13,974 nucleotides of DNA from Promethearchaeota archaeon (GCA_048940445.1 JBHLON010000060.1:1-13974), one strand, 5' to 3'; numbered from the stretch's first letter, positions 1 to 9,932 are shown. The notes: a model not told the origin generated them from the sequence alone. Translations and numbers: made by a program.

Positions 1-93
1 CATAGATCGATTTCTGCGCTTGAGGCGATTAGTGACAATGCTGAAGATGTCGCAGACTATATAATTATGTTGACAATAGCTAAAAAAACTTAA
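1..93 (+). CDS. 3' end of a DUF47/PhoU-like (phosphate transport regulator family) protein, truncated by window edge
   Basis: Frame 1 reads HRSISALEAISDNAEDVADYIIMLTIAKKT* (TAA 91-93). LExIxDxAEDVAD is typical of the last helix of DUF47/PhoU-like proteins. Confidence 0.7.
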   Translation, partial: HRSISALEAISDNAEDVADYIIMLTIAKKT

Positions 94-240
94 TACTAAT
101 TTGTATTTAGAAAAATACAATATCAAATTGATTCATTTTAACCATAGATATATTTTTATCTCTCAATATTAAACGTTGAAAAGTTTTCAAAACCATCTTA
201 ATATTTTTGAAAAATGATTAGGAAATTAAAAAAGGAAAAA

Positions 241-2466
241 TTAAGATTTGAATCGTTTATTAATTAGAAGGGTTGAAATTATGACTAAAAAACCAATTAT
301 AATGAATGTATTATATCCTGGAATCGCTGGGGGAGTTGGAGTTTGTTCTGTAGTATTTTTGGTGATCAACACAGAATTTTGTCCAATATTGCCTCCTTTA
401 TCTCTTGCATAGAATGTAAGCGTCACATGACCATTCGGCAAACTGTTCCACGCACTTTCAGATATTACTCCGTTAAGAGAGCTAATAGAGATGTTTGTAG
501 CACCACCGTCTAATGAATACCAATAAGATTCTAAATTCGCTTCATCAATCGAGATACTGTATAATGGGGAGAAATCTGTAAATACTGTTCCAAATTGCGG
601 AGCGCTGATAGTAATTACGGGAGAAATCAAGTCCTTGGTAACCTGTACTTCGGCAAACGCTTCATTTCCCGCCTTATCCCGTACATGGAATCGAATCAAC
701 ACTGTTCCATGGCCGTATTTGGCCCATTCTGCCTCATCAATTTGACCTGTGAATTCTGTAAATGAATAGGTGGTTACTCCACCATCTAATGTATACCACA
801 TGATATCTATATTTGGCTCTACTATGGAAAGCTGAAATTGTGGTGTTTGAAAGCCTAGGATAGCATCTAATTGGGGAGAAATGATAGCTATGAGTGGAAG
901 ATTAATGTCTTTTCTTACTACAATTTCTGCTGAACCTTTATTTCCTCCCTCATCTTCAGCAAAAAACCTAATTGTGACGGTCCCATTACCGTACTTATCC
1001 CACTCTGATTGAGCAATGCTCCCTGTCAAGCTATAAATCGTGATATTAGTGATACCCCCATTTAATGTGTACCAATAAGATTTCAAGTTTGATTCAGTAA
1101 TTGAAATATCATATACTGGAGGGATATTTCCAAAGACGTTATATGAATCGGGTGAATTGATGGAAACTAATGGAATTATGAGATCCTTTATGACGAAAAC
1201 GTCCACATAAGATTCATGGCCTAAACTATCGTTGGCATAAAACCGAATCGGGATGGTACCACCATCTTTAGTTTCCCATGTACTTTGATCAAGTATTCCA
1301 ATAAAAGAATAAAGCGGTAAAACTGTCTCTCCGTAATCAAAAGAGTACCACATCGCGTTAAGATTGTGCTCAATGATGCTCAAATCATAATATGGAGCAC
1401 TCTGGCCCTCCACTTCATTCATTTGAGGAGAATTTACTATTATAATTGGACCAAGTATGTCTTTTCGCACAGTGACTGATTCATAACTAATATGATTAGT
1501 CGAATCGTTTGCGTAAAAGCCGATTACAACCGTACCATTCGGCATTTTATTCCACTCTGTTTGATCAATCGTCCCTGTGAACCCTATGAAAAGTATATTC
1601 GTAATACCACTATCTAGTGAATACCAAGTAGAATTCAAATCAGGATCATCTATATAAATTTCAAAATTAGGAGCAGTTTCTTGAAAGAGTTCATGATGCG
1701 TAGGTGAAATTATACTAACATTAATAGGATTTATATCTACCATTCCTTCGCTACACTTAATATCATCAACGTATCCGGTGATTCCTTGATGTCCACTTGT
1801 AATTCTAACATGTGTTATTTCTGTTGGATCATTAGTAATTGATGATTCTCCCACATATATATTATCTAAGTATGCTTTCACAGACCAGCTTGATATATTT
1901 ACTATCATTTTTAAGTTATACCAAGTAAATGGTATGTAGTTTCCTAGAAATATATTAGGGGAAGTGCTTGCTAAATATATTCCTCCATCATTATTCAATA
2001 CTAGAGATGCGTAATTTCTCCCCCATGTAGAAGCAGTGGGATTTGTAAATGATATTTTTATATTGGAATTATCCTTCCCTCCCTCCACTATTCCTGTAGG
2101 AGTTTCACTCATCAAATTTGCTTCTAACGTTAAAATGTTTGAAGAATATTGGATTTGTTTGTCTACTGCCGCTAACCAATAATCTTGTCCCGTTAATGTG
2201 AATGATTGTGTTCCACTTGAAGCTTGCTCATCTGTAATTTTTTGATAGCTATCTCCAGCCCCATTATAAGTAAGAATATACCCTGTTGGAAACGAATTAA
2301 CAGGATATGATTCGAAATCATCTTGAAAAATAATACTAACTTCACTTTCCTTAGGAGTGATGATCTTTGAGGAATCATCTTGCATATCAGATCCATTAAA
2401 AGCATTTTGAACCATTAGTAAAGATAAGATAATAATAAGAATTCCTAAACTGCAAATCTTTTTCAT
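241..2466 (-). CDS. Secreted cell-surface protein: signal peptide, lectin/LamG-like beta domain, five Ig-like repeats, Loki-CTERM-type sorting tail
   Basis: 741-aa ORF with N-terminal MKK+hydrophobic segment and a DDFESY-led beta-rich domain. Five repeats follow with consensus P..I.SP...P.F/Y.I.I.E.NL...WYSLDGG...G.I....W....G.V.I.FYA.D..G......V.KD. C-terminus is PTPPA-IPGY-hydrophobic helix-KRFKS. Confidence 0.9.
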   Translation of the reverse strand: MKKICSLGILIIILSLLMVQNAFNGSDMQDDSSKIITPKESEVSIIFQDDFESYPVNSFPTGYILTYNGAGDSYQKITDEQASSGTQSFTLTGQDYWLAAVDKQIQYSSNILTLEANLMSETPTGIVEGGKDNSNIKISFTNPTASTWGRNYASLVLNNDGGIYLASTSPNIFLGNYIPFTWYNLKMIVNISSWSVKAYLDNIYVGESSITNDPTEITHVRITSGHQGITGYVDDIKCSEGMVDINPINVSIISPTHHELFQETAPNFEIYIDDPDLNSTWYSLDSGITNILFIGFTGTIDQTEWNKMPNGTVVIGFYANDSTNHISYESVTVRKDILGPIIIVNSPQMNEVEGQSAPYYDLSIIEHNLNAMWYSFDYGETVLPLYSFIGILDQSTWETKDGGTIPIRFYANDSLGHESYVDVFVIKDLIIPLVSINSPDSYNVFGNIPPVYDISITESNLKSYWYTLNGGITNITIYSLTGSIAQSEWDKYGNGTVTIRFFAEDEGGNKGSAEIVVRKDINLPLIAIISPQLDAILGFQTPQFQLSIVEPNIDIMWYTLDGGVTTYSFTEFTGQIDEAEWAKYGHGTVLIRFHVRDKAGNEAFAEVQVTKDLISPVITISAPQFGTVFTDFSPLYSISIDEANLESYWYSLDGGATNISISSLNGVISESAWNSLPNGHVTLTFYARDKGGNIGQNSVLITKNTTEQTPTPPAIPGYNTFIIIGFLVIISTLLINKRFKS
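355..1734 (-). repeat. Five tandem 276-bp (92-aa) intragenic Ig-like domain repeats
   Basis: Repeat-terminal KD/KN codons fall at 1459, 1183, 907, 631 and 355, an exact 276-bp period with no net indels. Sequences are diverged but WY(S/T) and F(Y/F/H)xxD are conserved. Confidence 0.9.
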
Positions 2467-2756
2467 TTTCTTTCACAGTTGAAAATTTTTACTTAGATGA
2501 ATTTTGCCAAATTTGTTAATAAAAAAGTATGCAAGTTTCTATTTATAATTATTTGAAACAAATAAAATAGAGCTTATATTGTTTAAATTGATACTTTCTT
2601 AAATGAATATATTAGAAAAAAATACATCCATTATTGAGGAAAAATGCTAAGAGTTTCTAAGCTATATTTATTCATAGGTAGTTAATTAAGAAAGTTATAA
2701 AAATAAAAGCAAGAAAAGAGATAATATCATAACTAAAAATTATTTTTAAGATTATT

Positions 2757-4388
2757 ATGTCGGATCAAAAAATCTATTATAAAGATTGGCCAAAAGATAT
2801 TCCAAAAGTAATCAAAATCCCTAACAAGACATTAGTTGATTTTCTTGAAGATACTGTAAAAAAGTACCCAAATAATATTGTTTCTAATTTCATGGGGTTC
2901 CAATTGACTTATACTCAATTAAAAGATATAGCATATCGTACAGCAACCAAGCTAGTAGAATTAGGTGTAAGAAAAGGAGACACAGTCGCTCTTCAATTTA
3001 CTAATAATCCTGCTTATATTTCTTATTATTATGGGGTTCTAAAAATGGGCGGTGTTGTTACAAATCTTTCACCATTGTTTAAAAGTTTAGAAGTTAAAAG
3101 ACAGCTAAATGACAGTGATGCAAAAATTTATATTGGATGGGAAGGATTTAATGGGATTGTTGATCCTATTATCGAAGAAACTGAAGTGAATCATAAATTC
3201 TATAGCAATTTAGGTCCTTATCTAACACCGGATCCAATGGCTCCACCGGAATTTCCCATGGGTGGCGAACCTACATTTGAGGACCTTATTCGGGAAACAA
3301 AACCTAATCCTCCTAATGTTAATATTGAACCAGATGATTTAGCAATGCTTCAATATACTGGTGGCACTACTGGTTTTCCAAAAGGGGCTATGTTGACTCA
3401 TAAAAGTATTGTAGCAAATGTTTATCAGATTAAAACATGGTTACCGGGAATTAAAGAGAGTGAAGACAATTTTTTAGCGGTATTACCTTTTTATCATATA
3501 TATATGTGTTTTGTAATGAATGCTGTAGTTCATTTAGCAGATACACTTACATGTGTCTTCAATCCTCGAGAGACACATGAAATTATAGAGGCAATAGAAA
3601 GCACAAAAATCACAGTATTTCCTGGGATTGCTCCTTTATTTAATAACATAAATAATTATGAGGGGATAGAAAAACATGATATGTCAAGCATTAAATATTG
3701 TTTTAGTGCTGCTGCTCCCTTACCAGATGATGTAAGAAATAGATTTGAAAAATTATCAGGAGCAAAAGTTCGCGAAGTATATGGTCTCACTGAAATGTCC
3801 CCAGCGGTTACAGCAAATACTTTTGGTGATAATTTTAAATCTGGTACGGCTGGGATGCCTTTACCAAATACCGAAGTAAAAATAGTTGGTGAAGATGGAA
3901 AAGTTCTTGCATTAAATGAAATAGGAGAATTATGGGTACGTGGACCACAGATGATGAAAGGATACTACAAAAGACCTGAGGAGACAAAAAATACTATTAT
4001 TAATGGATGGTTGAGAACTGGAGATATGGCATTGATGGATGAAGATGGAAGAATTGTAATAAAAGAACGGCTCAAAGATATGATTAAGTACAAGGGGCAT
4101 TCAGTGTATCCTACAGAAGTTGAGGATTTGCTTTTTTATAACGATCATATAAAAGATTGTGCAGTTGTAGGAATTATTGATAATGAAGGTAATGAAAATA
4201 TAAAAGCATTTATAGTATTAAAGGATGAATCTAAGGAGAAAGTTACTGAAGAAGATATCATTAATTGGTCAAAAGAAAACATGGGATATGAAAAGTATCC
4301 TCGATTTGTAGAATTTATTGATGAAGTTCCTAAAACTATAGTAGGCAAGATACTTCACCGAGAATTGAGAGAAGGAAAAGAAGATTAA
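2757..4388 (+). CDS. fadD: Long-chain-fatty-acid--CoA ligase (FadD-like AMP-binding enzyme)
   Basis: 543 aa with AMP-binding motifs YTGGTTGFPKG, YGLTE, GELWVRGPQMMKGYY, GWLRTGD and the terminal PKTIVGKI lysine motif. Substrate range cannot be determined from sequence. Confidence 0.9.
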   Translation: MSDQKIYYKDWPKDIPKVIKIPNKTLVDFLEDTVKKYPNNIVSNFMGFQLTYTQLKDIAYRTATKLVELGVRKGDTVALQFTNNPAYISYYYGVLKMGGVVTNLSPLFKSLEVKRQLNDSDAKIYIGWEGFNGIVDPIIEETEVNHKFYSNLGPYLTPDPMAPPEFPMGGEPTFEDLIRETKPNPPNVNIEPDDLAMLQYTGGTTGFPKGAMLTHKSIVANVYQIKTWLPGIKESEDNFLAVLPFYHIYMCFVMNAVVHLADTLTCVFNPRETHEIIEAIESTKITVFPGIAPLFNNINNYEGIEKHDMSSIKYCFSAAAPLPDDVRNRFEKLSGAKVREVYGLTEMSPAVTANTFGDNFKSGTAGMPLPNTEVKIVGEDGKVLALNEIGELWVRGPQMMKGYYKRPEETKNTIINGWLRTGDMALMDEDGRIVIKERLKDMIKYKGHSVYPTEVEDLLFYNDHIKDCAVVGIIDNEGNENIKAFIVLKDESKEKVTEEDIINWSKENMGYEKYPRFVEFIDEVPKTIVGKILHRELREGKED

Positions 4389-4556
4389 CTCTTACATTAA
4401 GTGTAAAATTCAAATTTTTAAGATCATTTTCCTTTTGATCATTATTATTAAAAATTTATTTTTTATTCAGAATCTTTAGATTTATACGCTTTTTTGAACC
4501 TTAATTTATAAGGCATTATACTCATTTTTTTATGTTTATTTCGATTTGAGTATTAT

Positions 4557-5033
4557 ATGAAAACAGAAAAAGCTATGTTTGGTGCTGGTTGTTTCTGGGG
4601 AGTAGAATCTAGATTTCATAAAGTTAAAGGTGTAGTAGATACGGTTGTTGGATATGCTGGGGGTGATTTTGAGAATCCCACTTATAAGGATGTTTGCACA
4701 GATAAAACAGGTCATGCCGAGGTTGTTCAAGTGACTTACGATCCCGAAGTAATATCCTATGAAAAATTATTGGAAATATTCTGGGATATACATAATCCTA
4801 CAACACTTAATCGACAAGGTTGGGATGTAGGAACTCAGTATCGATCTGTTATCTTTTATGAAACGGAAGAACAAAAAGAAAAAGCTTTAAAATTGAAAGA
4901 GAAACTTGATAAATCTGGAAAATATAAGAAACCTATTGTAACACAAATAGTTCCTTATTCAACATTTTACAGAGCAGAAGAATATCATCAACGATATTAT
5001 GAGAAAAATAAGAAAAAAACCAGTATTTTTTAA
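4557..5033 (+). CDS. msrA: Peptide-methionine (S)-S-oxide reductase MsrA
   Basis: GCFWG active-site motif, plus GYAGG, TGHAEVV, RQGWDVGTQYRS and AEEYHQRY. Confidence 0.97.
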   Translation: MKTEKAMFGAGCFWGVESRFHKVKGVVDTVVGYAGGDFENPTYKDVCTDKTGHAEVVQVTYDPEVISYEKLLEIFWDIHNPTTLNRQGWDVGTQYRSVIFYETEEQKEKALKLKEKLDKSGKYKKPIVTQIVPYSTFYRAEEYHQRYYEKNKKKTSIF

Positions 5034-5038
5034 AATCC

Positions 5039-5088
5039 ATCAAATTTTTTTGATAGTTTAAAACTTAACTTTTAACTTTTAACTTTTT
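5039..5088. terminator. Putative terminator region between convergent msrA and glucoamylase
   Basis: Small inverted repeat ATCAAA-tttt-TTTGAT (5039-5054) with a T-run, then 3x TAACTTT (5066-5086), in a 55-bp convergent spacer. Confidence 0.4.
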
Positions 5089-7488
5089 TTATTCAATTTG
5101 TATATTGTAATCCTTTCCTTCCCATTGATCATTATGAGACCAATGAAAAGTGAAAACTAATTGAGTTCCTGTTTTAAATTGAGCTGTGGGTAAGTCAACA
5201 TAGTACAACCCTAATCCTGAATCTCTAGTCTGAGAATCCTGTGCTGTTTTCCAGCTATCAGTACTCCAATGAACGATTGCAGGAGATGGAAGTTCCACTC
5301 GTAAAATGTTACTCACTTTCATTTTCCGGCTCTTATGATTATATCTCCACAGAGTAAGGTTGGAAGATACTTTATTAATAACATATCTCTGAAATGTTTG
5401 ATTAGGCATATCAAATATCTTTTTATCATTTAAAGAACGCAATAGTTTAATATATTCTGCATGTGCCCATACTAAAGGCATAGCAGACCCGGAAGGAAAA
5501 CCATTAAATAAATCTTTCTCTGGTATATCTTCAGAATCCCAAACTTGTTCGGGTATAAGGCCTCCTGGACCAGCTTGAGACTCTATAACTTTTAAAAGTT
5601 TTTTAGCTTGTTCAATATCACCTTTAGCGATTTCATAATGAGCTCGTTCACCAGCTAATAAAGGCCACCCTCTTCCAATACCTACTCCATCAAACGGATC
5701 TCCATTTTCATGTTCTCCATAACCATCTTGATTATAACGATGCCAAACTGGTCCATTTTTAGTATTTGTTTTGAGTAGTGCATCGATAACTTTAACTGTA
5801 TTTATAATTTTTGGATTATTAGCAGATCGCAATCCAAATCTTACAAGAGCTAGCGCATCCGGACTTACTATATATTCAAATTGGGCCCTACTTTGACTAG
5901 GAGGTCTATTTTTAATAGGCACATATCCATCAGCCGGTGAAGCTGCATCTGCCACATCAGGAGGACTTATTCGAACATAATAACCATCAATTTTTAATTT
6001 TTGTGTTAAATTGGAGTGAGTCACATAAGTCCACCGTTCAATATTTGAATTCCACGCATCAGCAATTTCAATTAAATATTTGGCAATCTCTTTTTCTCCA
6101 AAACTTTCAGCAAATTCTGCAGCCACTAATAGTGCTGCGACTTCAACGGCTAGAGTGAATGGAGAATAACCAGGATCCTCTTCCCAACGATCTTCTTGAG
6201 AGACAGGGCCATTACACACTAAATAACTTGCTGCTTTCTTGATTGTTGGCCAGAATTCTATTCCTTTTAACTGACCAGTCATATTAAGAGCATTTGCAAG
6301 CAAAATAGGGAAAGCGGTTTCATCCATTTGTATTCCTTTCCAATAAATTGTACCATCTAGCCACATATTTTGGGGCCAATGTCCATCTTCTTCTTGTGTA
6401 CTCATTAAATATATAAAAAGTTGTTTTGCACTTGTAATATCGCCAGCAGCTAAAAGTCCCCCTGCAGTTTCGACTAAGTCTCGAGGCCATACTATATGAT
6501 AACCACCTAAATCATTATCACTCCTTGTATAGCCCCATGGAATGGATAGGCTTGCAATTGAACCATCTGAAAATCGCTTATCCATATGTGTTCTTAATAC
6601 AGCCGTACTTATGCGATAAAAATTAACTTCTGTATTATCACTAATATGATCTAGTTTCAAACATTTTTCTTGGAATTCTAACCAAGTTTTTTCGTATTCC
6701 TCAGTTAATTGATCGAAATCTTTAAATAAAGTCGTACGTGCTAGTTGTCCTGCTTCTGCGGCATTGGTACCAAAAGCTAATGCTAAAACTATGTTTTTTT
6801 TTGATTTAGAAAGTGTAATTTCTCCTATTAATGCAATATTCCCATCAGAAGCACGCGAATAAAACATTTTCATTTTTTTATTCTGTTTAATATCTTGCCA
6901 ACCATCACTAAATCCAACATATCCACAACTCATATTGAGGAAAGATGTAGAACACGCAAGTGCGAGAGTAACGTCTTCTCTTTCAGCAAATAACATTTTA
7001 ATGCCTTTATAATCCCCAATCCATCCGTTATTCCCTAAACCATAATTTTTAATATGGGGATTTAAAAGTACATAAAGATGGAAATCATTTTCATTTTCTT
7101 CTAAAAGTTCAAAATTTATTTTCTGTAGCAATACTGGACGTCTTGGATCACTTAAAATTACTTTTTCTATGCGATAGTGATTTTTTTTAGAAGTATTGAT
7201 AACTTTAAAAGCGGGTACTCCTCGTGTTATTTGAATGATTTCATGATTACAATCTTTTTTTTCATCTTCAAAAAGATCTTTCCCATTGCTTATTAAAAAT
7301 TGCAGATCTTTAATATTTATTTGATCGATCCGTGGAAAAAATACTTCAGTTACAATTCCCTTAGCAATTGTAAACCATAGACGACTTGAGCTAGTATTTG
7401 ATGTACCTACTCCACTTTTAGAACTTACTGCCCAAGTAGGAGAGATCCCTGGATAACCAGGTGGATTGTTTTTATTATAATATATCAT
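5089..7488 (-). CDS. Glucan 1,4-alpha-glucosidase (glucoamylase, GH15) with glucodextranase-N-like domain and C-terminal CBM-like domain
   Basis: 799 aa. N-terminal PGxPGISPTW...KSGVGT...LWFTIAKGIVTEV. GH15 motifs WPRD, QEDRWEE (acid), LIPEQVW (base) and MPLVWAHAEY. No signal peptide. Confidence 0.93.
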   Translation of the reverse strand: MIYYNKNNPPGYPGISPTWAVSSKSGVGTSNTSSSRLWFTIAKGIVTEVFFPRIDQINIKDLQFLISNGKDLFEDEKKDCNHEIIQITRGVPAFKVINTSKKNHYRIEKVILSDPRRPVLLQKINFELLEENENDFHLYVLLNPHIKNYGLGNNGWIGDYKGIKMLFAEREDVTLALACSTSFLNMSCGYVGFSDGWQDIKQNKKMKMFYSRASDGNIALIGEITLSKSKKNIVLALAFGTNAAEAGQLARTTLFKDFDQLTEEYEKTWLEFQEKCLKLDHISDNTEVNFYRISTAVLRTHMDKRFSDGSIASLSIPWGYTRSDNDLGGYHIVWPRDLVETAGGLLAAGDITSAKQLFIYLMSTQEEDGHWPQNMWLDGTIYWKGIQMDETAFPILLANALNMTGQLKGIEFWPTIKKAASYLVCNGPVSQEDRWEEDPGYSPFTLAVEVAALLVAAEFAESFGEKEIAKYLIEIADAWNSNIERWTYVTHSNLTQKLKIDGYYVRISPPDVADAASPADGYVPIKNRPPSQSRAQFEYIVSPDALALVRFGLRSANNPKIINTVKVIDALLKTNTKNGPVWHRYNQDGYGEHENGDPFDGVGIGRGWPLLAGERAHYEIAKGDIEQAKKLLKVIESQAGPGGLIPEQVWDSEDIPEKDLFNGFPSGSAMPLVWAHAEYIKLLRSLNDKKIFDMPNQTFQRYVINKVSSNLTLWRYNHKSRKMKVSNILRVELPSPAIVHWSTDSWKTAQDSQTRDSGLGLYYVDLPTAQFKTGTQLVFTFHWSHNDQWEGKDYNIQIE

Positions 7489-7494
7489 AATTAA

Positions 7495-8880
7495 CTACCT
7501 CCCAAGTTCCAGTGGATGTTTACCTCCACGCCAATGTTCCTCAATTTCTTCTAAAGTTCGTCCTTTTGTTTCTGGGACATATAAGTACGTAAAGAAGATT
7601 GCAACAATTCCTATTGCTGCATAAAGCCAGAAAGTTCCAAAAGTTCCTAATAATTGTGTCAATGTTAGGAATGTAAGCGCAATAATAAAGTTAGCACCCC
7701 AATTCACTTCAGTTACAATACTCATCGCAATACCTCTAATTTTTAAGGGATAGATCTCAGAAATTAGTAGCCAAAAAACTGGACCTAATCCAATTGCAAA
7801 GAAACCCACATATGCCATTAAATTTATAGCAACTAAGGATCCTAAACCATTTAATAACCCAGGCAAGAAAAATACTACTCCTAGTATTGTTAGAGTCGCT
7901 GACATACCAAATAAGCCAATAAGTAATAATTTGCGTCTTCCAACTCTATCTAGTAAAAATATAGCAACAACAGTTAATGCAACATTCACTAATCCTACTT
8001 CAAAAGCAGCAAAAATTGCATTTGATGAAGATACGATTCCAGCAGATTGGAAAATTAGCGGTGCATAATATATAACAGTGTTAATACCTGTAAGTTGCTG
8101 GAATAGTGCTAAGGAAATACCAATTATTAAAGCTGGTTTGACTAAGGGATTTAATAATTCTTTTCTCCCACCTTTTTGCTTATTCAAACTCTCCTTTATT
8201 TCCTGTATTTCATCATCAACGTTAGTATTGTTTCGAATTTTCTTCAAAATATTTCGTGCTTTATCAAAATATCCATGATTTATTAACCATCGAGGACTAT
8301 CAGGCATACGCCACATTCCTATCATTAAAATAATACCAGGGATTACAGCTAGCCCAAACATATATCTCCATCCCCTAATTAAAGAGAATCCAAAATCTAC
8401 TAAATATGATATTACAATACCTATTGTGATAGACAATTGATTGAATGTGACTAGAAATCCACGAATTTTTGGAGGGGCTGATTCTGAGATATAAAGTGGA
8501 GCCACAAACGATGCTATACCAATTGCTATACCTACTATTATTCTTCCAATAATTAGTGTAGTAACATTTGGAGCAAAAGATGTGCCGACCGCGCCCCCAG
8601 TAAATATAATAGCTGCTAAAATTATGACTTTTCTTCTTCCATAACGATCTGCTAATTCTCCTCCCAAAAAGGCTCCCAAAATAGCACCTATTAAGACAGA
8701 ACTTACTAATAATTCTTCTACAAATGAAATTAATCCAAAATCTTCTTTAATAAAATTAATTGCCCCAGAAATTACTCCAGTATCATAACCGAATAGCATT
8801 CCACTTATTCCAGAGATAATTGCTATAACATATATAAATTTATTATTGCCTCTTTTTTCATTAATCGCCTTAATACCCAT
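7495..8880 (-). CDS. Sugar porter family MFS transporter (GalP/XylE/GLUT-like)
   Basis: 461 aa, about 12 hydrophobic segments. Motifs GYDTG, DRYGRR, PLYISE, PDSPRWL, QQLTGINTVIYY, DRVGRR, GPVFWLLISEIYP and PETKGRTLEEIE. Only 6 bp from the glucoamylase, so probably one operon. Confidence 0.95.
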   Translation of the reverse strand: MGIKAINEKRGNNKFIYVIAIISGISGMLFGYDTGVISGAINFIKEDFGLISFVEELLVSSVLIGAILGAFLGGELADRYGRRKVIILAAIIFTGGAVGTSFAPNVTTLIIGRIIVGIAIGIASFVAPLYISESAPPKIRGFLVTFNQLSITIGIVISYLVDFGFSLIRGWRYMFGLAVIPGIILMIGMWRMPDSPRWLINHGYFDKARNILKKIRNNTNVDDEIQEIKESLNKQKGGRKELLNPLVKPALIIGISLALFQQLTGINTVIYYAPLIFQSAGIVSSSNAIFAAFEVGLVNVALTVVAIFLLDRVGRRKLLLIGLFGMSATLTILGVVFFLPGLLNGLGSLVAINLMAYVGFFAIGLGPVFWLLISEIYPLKIRGIAMSIVTEVNWGANFIIALTFLTLTQLLGTFGTFWLYAAIGIVAIFFTYLYVPETKGRTLEEIEEHWRGGKHPLELGR

Positions 8881-8936
8881 TTTTACTCACGATTTTAAAA
8901 ATTGATTTGATTCACAGTAAACCAGTACATATAATG

Positions 8937-8944
8937 TTTATAAA
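8937..8944 (-). promoter_or_regulatory. Putative TATA box of the sugar porter-glucoamylase operon
   Basis: TTTATAAA about 57 bp upstream of the ATG at 8880. The AT-rich background lowers confidence. Confidence 0.35.
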
Positions 8945-9273
8945 AATATTGTTTACGAAAACTAGATGAGTTTTTAACAGAATACGAAAGAGGATTTTTA
9001 ACAATTTCTTTCAAAATACCTAAAAGGTTAAAGAATTATTCTAATAAAGGTTTTCAGAGTCCTACTGAGAAAGAATATTGTGAAAGTGAACTATTAGAAA
9101 TCATTATCAATGAGCGTAAATAAGAAAAATAACTCTTTATATAATTTGTAAAAATAATCGCTTAAATAATTAAATAGACCTAAATATGTTGGGTTTTTTT
9201 TTATAAGGTATAAAAACAACCTTTTTGATATCTATATTTTTTACTAGATTAAAAGATGTTAAAGTGAATTAAG

Positions 9274-9777
9274 ATGGGAATCTTAACAGAAGATGAAATA
9301 AAAAATTTACCAAAACGCTTCGAAACAGTTCCGTATAGTACATTTTTTAAAGTGTGGTATGCTTTACAGAAAGCTATCCCTCATGAACAAAAAGGAGAAG
9401 TTTTCACAAAAATTGGGAGAACTATCGGAAATGAATTTGAAGATGAAGGAATAGGAACTATTGATGAGTTTCTTGAACGTTTACAAGAGTTTTTGGAGAA
9501 AGAATGGGCTATTACAGATAACGCTAAAGTTGACTTTATAAAAAACGAAAATGGAGACGTCATAAAATTACTAGCAAAACAAGATAGTTGTAAAATGTGT
9601 TATGCTAATACCTATTATAAGTTTCACGACAATGGAAGTCCATCCTGTATGTTTCCACAGGTAATTATGGGAGTCTTAAGCAAAGTGAGGAAAAAGTTCG
9701 GGTTTAAAAATTTACGATTTGACGGTGTACAGAAAGGTGGAGTAGGGGAATGTGCCATGGTCTGGAATCTCAAATAA
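9274..9777 (+). CDS. V4R-like small-ligand/metal-binding domain protein (stand-alone)
   Basis: 167 aa. KIGRTIG helix followed by CKMC...PSCMFPQVIMGVL...GECAMVW. This Cys pattern and G..IG helix are typical of V4R/H-NOX/Bet3-fold proteins. Confidence 0.65.
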   Translation: MGILTEDEIKNLPKRFETVPYSTFFKVWYALQKAIPHEQKGEVFTKIGRTIGNEFEDEGIGTIDEFLERLQEFLEKEWAITDNAKVDFIKNENGDVIKLLAKQDSCKMCYANTYYKFHDNGSPSCMFPQVIMGVLSKVRKKFGFKNLRFDGVQKGGVGECAMVWNLK

Positions 9778-9821
9778 CAAAATTTCTTATTATTTTTATT
9801 ATTCCTATTAAATTTGATCTC

Positions 9822-9932
9822 TTATAAATCTTTTAATCAATATCCTTCTTCTATTAATTTGACCACGTATGCTTTGAATCGAGTTGCTTAACCACCATCC
9901 ACAATATCGTGATCTAGATGTGCTGTGATTCC
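9822..9932 (-). pseudogene. C-terminal remnant of a 2-oxoacid dehydrogenase E2-like acyltransferase catalytic domain
   Basis: Minus frame reads GITAHLDHDIVDGG*ATRFKAYVVKLIEEGY*LKDL*. It carries the catalytic DHxxxDG motif (9894-9914), two in-frame stops (9888-9890, 9837-9839) and no 5' part. Not in the ORF track. Confidence 0.85.

Noticed and set aside
5066-5086. 3x TAACTTT as a CRISPR or iteron array
   Set aside because: Only 21 bp with no spacers. Best explained as slippage in a T-rich terminator region.
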